Shown piece by piece: positions 51,028 through 64,000 of a stretch of 64,000 nt of DNA. Every line of letters begins with the position of its first letter. Position 1 is the first letter of the stretch. Under the pieces are notes generated by a model, which was given only the letters and a program-made list of their open reading frames with translations, was not told the DNA's origin and searched no databases. Made by a program: the position numbers and the translations under genes. Origin of the DNA: the human T2T-CHM13v2.0 reference genome, Homo sapiens; NCBI RefSeq assembly GCF_009914755.1, contig NC_060936.1; one strand, 5' to 3'.

Positions 51028-51540
51028 CAGAATGTTACAACACACCAGAATGTGACAACACACCGGAATGTTAACACACCGGAATGTTACAACACACCAA
51101 ATGTTACAACACACTGGAATGTTACAACACACCAACACACCGGAATGTTGGAATGTTACAACAGACCGGAACACCACACCGGAATGTTACAACACACCCT
51201 GGAACGTTACAACACACCGGGAATGTTACAACACACCAGAATGTTACAACACAGCATGTAACACCAAATGTTACAACACACTGGAATGTTACAACACACC
51301 GGATGTTACAACACACCGCGATTGTTACAACACACCAGAATGTTACAACACACCAGAAAGTTACAACACACCAGAAAGTTACAACACACCGCGTAACACC
51401 AAATGTTACAACACACCGGAATGTTACAACACACCAGAATGTTACAGGAATGTTACAACACACCAGAATGTTACAACACATTGGAATGTTACAGGAATGT
51501 TACAACACACTGGAATGTTACAACACATCTGGATGTTACT
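51028..51540. repeat. Degenerate ~18-bp minisatellite (AATGTTACAACACACC(A/G)G)n
   Basis: Periodicity read directly; explains the ECYNTP/NVTTH pseudo-ORFs. Confidence 0.92.
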
Positions 51541-51691
51541 CTTCAGATGGCTGGGATGTCATCCATCAGACTGAGGTATGCTTTTAGAACACTCTGCTCC
51601 TGGTGACCAGCCTGGCCAACAACGTCTCTACTAAAAATACAAAAATTTTCTGGGCGTGGTGGTGGTGCGCGCCTGTGACCCCAGCTACTCA

Positions 51692-51970
<279 letters not shown>

Positions 51971-53090
51971 TCAACAGAAGTGGAAACAGGCCCAGAGAGC
52001 GTGAGAGGTTTCTGGTTTCAAGAAGGCACACTGAGTCCCTGCACCCGATGCCTCTCCTTCCCCAAATCCCACTGGAATACACAGAGAGACATAAAAACAA
52101 GGAGTGTCCTGTAGCAGAGCAGCCAGGCTGGCTCATGAGACAGAGGGAGCAGTCTTCTGGGAGACATGGCTCTTGCTGCTGCGGATCAGCCAACAGATCC
52201 ATGGACAGCAAAGGTCCCTTCTCCGGAGGCTTCCTGGTGCCTGCCATGAATGTGTCAGTGATGTTCAGAGCTCTGGCAGCCACTGTGAAACCTCGAGGCA
52301 AAAACCTGAGCAAAAACAGCAGCGTGGAGTGCACAGAAGGCCCTGGTGACCTCAGGAGTAGCTGAGCTGAGCGGGCATTTCTGGACTTTTTATCAGGGAA
52401 CCAGCTTTCCTGTCAGATCGAAACACAGCCTAATCTGAGATTCAGAGGCTCTTCTGTTCATAGGAATCTGCAGACTGCTATGGAATGTAAGAACGCAAGA
52501 GCCAAGCACTCCAGGACTAAGAATGAGCCCAGACGACACGAAGAAAGCCGTGAGACTTCACTGAAGAACAGGAAGAGCTTAACAAACAAGGAGAAACACC
52601 ATTTTCCTGGGCTCTGTAAAACTGTCAATTCTCCCGAAATCAAAAATCTCAAAAAGATTTTTCTATTAAACTGGAAAAGCTAATTCAAAACATAATCTAG
52701 AATAGAGAATAGCTAAGAAAATAAAAAAAAAAAATATGTATAGCGCGATCCAATTTAGAGAATCCATATGTACACATCCTCCATGTGACAAACCCTAAAA
52801 GAAAACAGAAAACATTCCCGTCACGCTGCACCCAGATGGAATTTCTTCCCAATGACCATGGAAGAGGTAAGAGTCATGCCGTAAGGAACAGCATCTGCAA
52901 AACTAGTTTTAAATAACATCCTCTTCTGGATGAACTCTGAAAACACCACGCTAAGTGAAAGAGCCCAGTCACGGCTGGGCGCGGCAGCTCACGCCTGTAA
53001 TCCTAGCACTTTGGGAGGCCGATCGGACGGATCACGAGGTCAGGAGATCGAGACCATCCTGGCTAACACGGTGAAACTCCGTCTCTACTA

Positions 53091-54263
<1,173 letters not shown>

Positions 54264-54602
54264 ACCGGTTTCCTTTTCGTGTCAATGAGTGGTGATGGTC
54301 CCACACCTTGTGATGTACTAAAATCCACTGAAATGTACACTTCGGCTGGATGACTTTTATGGTATGCGAATTATAGTCTCAATGAAACTGCAAAATACAC
54401 AATGGTACTAGAGTCCCTGATCTTCACTTCTCTTGGGAAGTGAAGGGAACAACACACTCAATATTGACTCCTACAGAAATCTCACTACTGAGAACCTCAT
54501 GCCAGTCCTCAGTCGCTTATCTGCCTCTGTAACAACACAGGTAAAGAGTAGTGAACAAAAACCATGCAACCAGCACCAAGACCTCATGAGATGTGACCTC
54601 AC

Positions 54603-54818
54603 CACAACTGGAGGAACGCTCTCGCCCTGCAGGAGAAGGCTCCGTGGAAGAGGCCGAGGCTGTGGGGAAGAGGTCTGACGTCGATGTTGATGGCTGTGGT
54701 TCCTCAAAGCACACCTGAGTGGCGGGCGACGACGGAGGGACCCGGGGATCGGCCCCTCGCCCTGCACCTGCACCTGAGGTATCTTTGGTCCCATGGAACA
54801 CATTTTCCTTGTTAGCTT
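54603..54818 (-). CDS. CHFR: CHFR exon 6 (216 nt; alternative acceptor at 54782 gives 180 nt and a 652-aa isoform)
   Basis: (E)ANKENVFHGTKDTSGAGAGRGADPRVPPSSPATQVCFEEPQPSTSTSDLFPTASASSTEPSPAGRERSSSC; ttacag|; internal AAAG|AT 36 nt downstream; donor G|GTGAGG. Confidence 0.92.
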
Positions 54819-55148
54819 CTGTAACCCAAAAGGAGCAGAAGCAGCACACAACCAGGGCTCAAGCAGACACTCTAGGGATTGAAATGCTCTTAAGAATGCA
54901 ACAGCCCCAAGGCCAGGCACGGTGGTGCAGGCCTGTAATCCCAGCACTTTGGGAAGTCGAGGCAGGTGTATCTCCTGAGGTCAGGAGTTCGAGACCAGCC
55001 TGACCAACATGGTGAAACCCCGTCTCTACTAAAAATATAAAAATTAGCCAGGCGTGCCGGGCGCGGTGGCTCATACCTGTAATCCCAGCACTTTGGGAGG
55101 CTGAGGCGGGTAGATCACGAGGTCAGGAGATCGAGGCCAACCTGGCTA

Positions 55149-55663
<515 letters not shown>

Positions 55664-55710
55664 CTATAGCTCCTAACATGCACCCACTTCTTTGCTACAC
55701 TCTTACTTAC

Positions 55711-55770
55711 CAAAGGATTCTTGTGTCATGCCTTGCTTTTCACTTAAAGATTCATAGAGGTATGCCACGT
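55711..55770 (-). CDS. CHFR: CHFR exon 5 (60 nt)
   Basis: (N)VAYLYESLSEKQGMTQESF; ttttag| and G|GTAAGT. Confidence 0.95.
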
Positions 55771-56101
55771 CTAAAAGAAAATCAATCAAATCAGAAAAGT
55801 GGTGGCCCCTGTGCAAACTGAGAACTCATTTTTCTCTTCTGTTCTCCAGTCCATTTGTTTTTGTTGATTATTTTGACTCATCAGCTAATAACAAATTCAT
55901 CAGTTTAAGAGATTTCAAAACAAGTAATCTAAAACATCTCTACCAACACAAAAGAAATAAGCCTCGGGAAAAAATGGCATCAGGAGGCAGAAGAAGGTGA
56001 AGAATCTATGCCTCACTTATAATTTCAAACTACACAAAGGAGCAGATACAAGATCCTTCCGTGTGGCCAGGGGCTGGTTAAGTTTATGCTGAAGATGCCT
56101 A

Positions 56102-56447
<346 letters not shown>

Positions 56448-56454
56448 TTATTTA

Positions 56455-56757
<303 letters not shown>

Positions 56758-57271
56758 TCAAAAAAAAAAAAGTATTTCAGGGGTGACCTTCGAAGGACTC
56801 CCATAACTTTCCTTGTCCTATACTGTTCTTCCACAAAACAAAAACGGGACTTCTGGAGCTGAAAAAACTTACTGGAATCCAGTCTAACCTTTGATGTTTC
56901 TTGTAAGGTCTCCAAAAGCAGAACCATCAATGGCCTCCAGACCCCTGGTCCTAGGTTTTATTCCCCATAACTCAAGTTCTTCTCCTGTAGAACCCAAACC
57001 ATCCCCATCAGTTTCTCCTTGGCTGCCATTTTGGGATTGGCTGCTCATGGCCACAGTGGTATTCCTGAGGAATGGCTGGGCTCAGGCTGCAAAGTCGACA
57101 CTCCCACTCAACAGACACTATTCACGGCAGGAACCCATGTGAGCAAGAAATGGGGTGTAGCCAGGAGGAACGTTCCTATGGGAAGGGATGTAGCCAGGAG
57201 GAACGTTCAGAGAGCGCCCTCACGTGCACCCCCGTGCGGGTCTGACCCCGGCAAGCCTTCCTCTCTCTTAC

Positions 57272-57381
57272 TGTGTTCCGGTTCATTCTTCCTGTACACC
57301 AAGTAGATGACATCCCCAGTCTGTAAAGGGCATGTCTGCTTCTTAACAACCTTCAGCTTGTTAATCACTGTTCCACTGGTG
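57272..57381 (-). CDS. CHFR: CHFR exon 4 (110 nt), FHA domain
   Basis: (S)TSGTVINKLKVVKKQTCPLQTGDVIYLVYRKNEPEH; ttttacag| and |GTAAGA. Confidence 0.95.
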
Positions 57382-58204
57382 CTGTAAAAAAACAAAAACA
57401 CAATTTATTCTACTTAAAATAACTTGGAGTTACAAGATTTTTTTTCTAGCACCATTAGCAAGCAGCTCGATATGACCACTCTGGAAATACTCATAGGAAC
57501 AGTGTAAATACGTAACGATGCACACATCCACGCACCCCTCACCATTCTCTCAAGAAATGGCTCGCCCACTTCTCCCTGACTGACAGCCTAACCAGCCACT
57601 ACACCTCCTCACGTGCTTGGCAGCTCTGCTGCTGCAGGGCTGGGTTCTCTCCCCGTTTGCCTCCTAGTGGACCCGGAGGCCTCGTCTACAGTGTGGTGCT
57701 TCCACCTCCAGCCTCCCCTGAGCTGGACTTGTGCTATCCACAGTTCTGTTCCTTGCAGCCATCACAAACCCGGTGAACTCATGCCTCCAATGAGTACTGA
57801 TCCCTCCCAAGAGACTGGCTCTGGGCAGAAGCGGACTAAATGCTGGGCCGTCAGCTGCAGGACATGGCCCTGCACTCAGAGCTTGTGGTCTGGCTGCCAA
57901 GCCCCTTGAGGTACTCTGCCCAGGGAGAGGCCAATGCAGATGCTGCTGACCCAGGGACAGACAGGAGGAGGCTAAGTTGATGGGGCAGGAAGTGCCTCCT
58001 GGGGACTTCTGAGCAGAGACCTGACAGCAAATCAGGTGTTGGTCAGGTGACCAAGATCCAAGAGCACAGCATACCCGACACACAAAACGGCAACCGGGCA
58101 AAACGACTGAAACCACACAGGCCTCAGCTCTGCAGCTTCACTCCCGAGGCCCCAGCAGTGGACAGAACTCACATCCGAGTGACCACCACGGTTTGCTGAG
58201 GGAT

Positions 58205-58375
58205 GGGAGTGGCAAACGATTTCCATAAACAGAGGGTAAACAGTGTAGGTTTTGTGGTCACCATTGCCACTACTCAGCTCTGCCGTCTGTAGCAGGAAAG
58301 CAAATGCAGACAGTAAGCAAATGAACTGCCACAGCCGTCTCCCCGTAAAACCTCCGAAACCAGGCAGTGGCTGTG
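58205..58375 (+). mobile_element. MER58A-like hAT-Charlie MITE
   Basis: actactcagctctgcc...tgtagcaggaaagca motif. Confidence 0.6.
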
Positions 58376-58403
58376 TGTGTCTGAGTTCTGCTGTTACAAC
58401 ACA

Positions 58404-58703
58404 AAGCTGACCCTGGAAGATGCGGTTTTGAGCTGTGCAGATGCACTTATACACGGGTTTTTTTCAATGAGAGGGAATGAATCCCACACATATGCTGGAC
58501 TGACTTTCTGTGTCCTCCTGCTCCACAGGGCTGGCTACGGGGCTGGAGTGCACACGGACTTGGGTGCATGCAGGGGCGCTGGAGCTGGACTGACTTTCTG
58601 TGTCCTCCTGCTCCACAGGGCTGGCTACGGGGCTAGAGTGCACACGGACTTGGGTGCATGCAGGGGGCTGGAGCCAATCCCCCCAGATGCCGAGGGGCGA
58701 CTG
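58404..58703 (-). mobile_element. MER8 (Tigger2-derived MITE) with an internal 90-bp tandem duplication (58494/58584)
   Basis: Ends resemble the MER8 terminal repeats (gctgaccctggaag...; ...ccaatccccc...gaggggcgactg); duplication read directly. Confidence 0.65.
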
Positions 58704-58939
58704 CAGCCATCACTCATCCTCCTGTTCTTTCCAAACAAAAATCTGATTATTTCACTCCTCCGCTTACACCCCTTTGATGACTCCTCACTGCTCTCAGGCT
58801 AAAGCCCAAGCTCCCTTGTGTGACTTTGCCGCTCACCACACGCTCCGACCACACAGCCCTGCTTATGCTCAGGGGCCCCTACACACGTGGTTCCTTCTGC
58901 CTGAGCACCCCTCCCCTCCAGCCCACCTCTGCCAAGGAA

Positions 58940-59145
58940 CGTGGTACCTCTGGAACCTGGAAAAGGCAGAGAACAAATTCTCCCCTGGAGCCTCCAGAAG
59001 AAACCAGCCCTGTTCAGACCTGGATTTTAGCCCCATCAGACCCATATCGGACTCTGGACCTCCATAACTATAGTAAGACAGCAAATTTGTGTTTTTTAAA
59101 TCCATTAAGCTTGTGGTAAATTACAATAGCCATAAGAAAGTACCA
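58940..59145 (+). mobile_element. MLT1 LTR 3' fragment
   Basis: ttctcccctggagcctccagaag...aaatttgtgttttttaa. Confidence 0.65.
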
Positions 59146-59175
59146 CCACCATGCAGTCAGCACAGGGATGCCATG

Positions 59176-59953
59176 CCCTGAAGCAGGCGGGACGGCCCAG
59201 GACCAGCACCCAGCGTGGGGAAGCCAGGCCCTGGAACAGGCAGGGAGGCCCAGGACCAGCATTCAGCGCAAGGAAGCCAGGCCCTGGAACAGGTAGAAAG
59301 GCCCAGGACCAGCACCCAGCGCGGGGAAGCCAGGTCCTGATGTAGGCGGGAAGGCCCAGGACCAGCACCCAGCACAGGGAAACCAGGCCCTGGAACAGGT
59401 GGGAAGGCCCAGGACCAGCACCCAGCGCGGGGAAGCCAGGCCCCGGAACAGGCGGGACTGCCCAGGACCAGCACCCAGCGTGGGAAAGCCAGGCCCCAGA
59501 ACAGGCGGGACTGCCCGGGACCAGCACCCAGCGCGAGGAAGCCAGGCCCCGGAACAGGCAGGAAGGCCCGGGACCAGCACCCAGCGCGGGGAAGCCAGGC
59601 CCTGGAACAGGCGGGACTACCCAGGACCAGCACCCAGCGTGGGGAAGCCAGGCCCTGGAACAGGCGGGACTGCCCAGGACCAGCACCCAGTGCAGGGAAC
59701 CCAGGCCCTGGAACAGGCGGGACTGCCCAGGACCAGCACCCAGCGCGGGGAAGCCAGGCCCTGATGTAGGCGGGAAAGCCCAGGACCAGCACCCAGCACG
59801 GGGAAGCCAGGCCCTGATGTAGGCGGGAAAGCCCAGGACCAGCACCCAGCGTGGAGAAGCCAGGCCCTGATGTAGGCAGGAAAGCCCAGGACCAGCACCC
59901 AGCATGGGGAAGCCAGGCCCTGAATCAGGCGGGACAGCTAGGGACCAGCACCC
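59176..59953. repeat. GC-rich minisatellite, 53-bp unit x ~15, in CHFR intron 3
   Basis: GACCAGCA recurs at 59201, 59254, 59307 ... 59943. Confidence 0.93.
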
Positions 59954-60324
59954 TGCCTTTCCCATTGTGCCAAGAAATAGAGAACTTAATCTGATATCTA
60001 TTAGACTAGGAAACGGAGCATCAGTTCTTCCTATTAAAACCTACTTCCTAGTCTTCTATCCCTGAAACTATCAGTTACCAAAGAATCTCACAGAGCCTGA
60101 TCTTTACCAAACAAAAAAAATCCTGCAGTGAGAACAGCACACTCTCAACATACTGCTAGAAGACCACCTGCCACTTGCAGCAGATTTAAAAGACGCACAT
60201 TCTGGCCGGGTGTGGGGGCTCACACTTGCAATCCCAGCACTTGGGGAGGCTGAGGCAGGTGGATCACCTGAGGCCAGGAGTTCAAGTCCAGCCTGGCTAG
60301 CATTGTGAAACCCCATCTGAGCTA

Positions 60325-60435
<111 letters not shown>

Positions 60436-60799
60436 TCAGCCTGAGCCACAGAGCGAGACTCCGTCTCAAAAAAGAGAAAAAAAGGAATAGGCACATTCTG
60501 AGTAACACTGACACAGACTTCCCTTCCGAGAAATCATCCCAAGAAAACAGACATGAAGGCAGAGTTTGGGAAAGAGTCACTGCAGTGTTATTTATAGTAA
60601 GAAAAAGTCAAAACAATAAATGTCCACCAATAAGGGAAGTGACAAAGAAACTATCCTAAGATAATGAAAAGATGAGCTGGATGTAGATGCAGTGACATGT
60701 GAAGCGCTCCATAAAACACCGTAAGTGAAAAAAGCTGGCCGGGCGCGATGGCTCACGCCTGTAATCCCAGCACTTTGGGAGGCTGAGGCAGGCAGATCA

Positions 60800-61015
<216 letters not shown>

Positions 61016-61154
61016 TCAAAAAAAAAAAAGAAAGAAAGAAAAAAGCTGACGCTACAACAGTATGTGTAGTGTGATTGCATTTATGCAAAATATATATACC
61101 AACATATGCATTTTTAACGTATGAATAGGATTTTGGAAAGCTTTCCACTTTCCA

Positions 61155-61370
61155 AGTTGAATATCCCTAAGCTGAATGTCCCTAATCAGAAATGTGAAAT
61201 CCAAAACTTTTTGAGCACCAACAAGACACTCAAAAAAATACTCACTGGAACATTTCAGAATTTTGATTCAGACATGCTCAACTGGTAAGTATAATGAAAA
61301 TATTCTAAAATCTGAAACAATCCAAAATCTAAACAGTCTAGTTTCAATCATTTCAGATACTCAATCTGTA
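61155..61370. mobile_element. Tigger4/MER46-like DNA transposon relic
   Basis: gttgaatatccctaa...aatccaaaatc...gatactcaatctgta. Confidence 0.6.
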
Positions 61371-61615
61371 CTTCAGTTGTACAAGAACGAGAATTTATTA
61401 GTTTTAAAAAATGATTTTTTGATTTGAGGGAAAGAAATCAAACTTGAATAGGCTTGCAAGAACCAAAAATTACCAGCATCTTTTAAGTCTTATTTCTGAG
61501 ACATACTTAATTTGAATACATTCAAGAAGGGTCATAGACACCAAAGTGTCACTAAGTGTCCCATCCTGGAAACCAGGAAATACATCTTCTAATACCTTGG
61601 GAGCCTAATTAACTA

Positions 61616-62256
<641 letters not shown>

Positions 62257-62398
62257 GCTGTTATAAAAATGAGCCGCTGTTATCACACTAAAGACAGCAT
62301 TTCTTCTCCTCCTCAGCCGTGGCACACAGCACAGAGCACGAAGTCAGGCTTCTTAAGCTACAAGAAGAAACACCAAAAGAAGCTCAGAACATACTCAC

Positions 62399-62498
62399 CT
62401 GGTATCTTCCAGTGTCACCTGACCTGATTTTTCATCCACTACAATTCTACAGTGATCTCCAGAGACCAGTTTATTGCTGGGGAAGGAAAGGTCGCAAC
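62399..62498 (-). CDS. CHFR: CHFR exon 3 (100 nt), FHA domain; exons 1-2 lie beyond the window
   Basis: (G)CDLSFPSNKLVSGDHCRIVVDEKSGQVTLEDT; tttttag| and AG|GTGAGT. Confidence 0.95.
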
Positions 62499-62502
62499 CT
62501 AA

Positions 62503-62850
<348 letters not shown>

Positions 62851-63050
62851 TAGCCAGGATGGTCTCGATCTTTTGACCTCATGATCTGCCCACCTTGGCC
62901 TCCCAAAGTGCTGAGATTACAGGCGTGAGCCACCGCGCCCGGCCCATCCTGAACCTTTCTGAATCCCCACCCTCTCAAAGACACCCATCAATACCTCCAG
63001 TTACACACAGCCTCTTAAATGGCAATTTTACAGCCAGGCGCAGTGGCTCA

Positions 63051-63385
<335 letters not shown>

Positions 63386-63556
63386 TTAAAAAAACTCAGG
63401 GGGTTGGCTAGGTCCGGTGGCTCACGCCGAGGCGGGCGGATCACAAGGTCAGGAGATCAAGACCATCCTGGCTAACACAGTGAAACCCCATCTCTACTAA
63501 AAATACAAAAAATTAGCCGGGCGTGGTGGCGGGCGCCTTGTAATCCCAGCTACTCA

Positions 63557-63697
<141 letters not shown>

Positions 63698-63824
63698 TTA
63701 AGTAATTCTTCAGTATCTTAATTTAGTCCTTAATTTCTTTTCTGTGTAAACTTAGGTTTCATAAATCAACATAAAATTGAAGCAATGACAGTCACAGAAA
63801 AAGTGACTGAGCCAACTGTGATAG

Positions 63825-63971
<147 letters not shown>

Positions 63972-64000
63972 TGAGCAGCTGGGACTACAGGCATGCGCCA

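Noticed and set aside
59105-59965. 286-aa and 211-aa ORFs
   Set aside because: Translation of the 53-bp VNTR.

Overview
Human-type, Alu-dense, GC-rich genomic DNA that matches the subtelomeric 12q24.33 GOLGA3-CHFR interval. Two protein-coding genes lie in tandem on the minus strand. The first is the 5' end of GOLGA3 (golgin-160): a CpG-island promoter and non-coding exon 1 near 13.6 kb, and coding exons 2-3 at 6.8-7.1 kb and 1.6-1.9 kb. The second is most of CHFR (exons 3-18, 62.5 to 25.2 kb; FHA-RING-Cys-rich-PBZ E3 ligase). I reconstructed the CHFR exons by hand; with an assumed 133 coding nt upstream of the window they total 1995 nt (664 aa + stop). The window also holds an ORF-intact RPS11 processed pseudogene with a 16-bp TSD, a U6 pseudogene inside an MLT1 LTR, an HML-6-like solo LTR with a 6-bp TSD, DNA-transposon and L1/L2/MIR relics, about 60 Alus and about 10 minisatellites. 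The most striking theme is that tandem repeats repeatedly copy splice signals. The CHFR exon 9 GC donor is the last unit of a 20-copy VNTR. The exon 8 acceptor and the start of intron 14 are tandemly duplicated, with the splice dinucleotide lost in the extra copy. Three VNTRs between the CHFR stop codon and the GOLGA3 promoter carry sense-strand GTGAG(T) motifs. Also notable are an Alu-derived CHFR exon inside a ~1.2-kb Alu fold-back and a chain of three uORFs before the GOLGA3 start codon. Most entries in the ORF track are Alu or VNTR artefacts. No computation or database search was run, and names recalled from memory are flagged as such.
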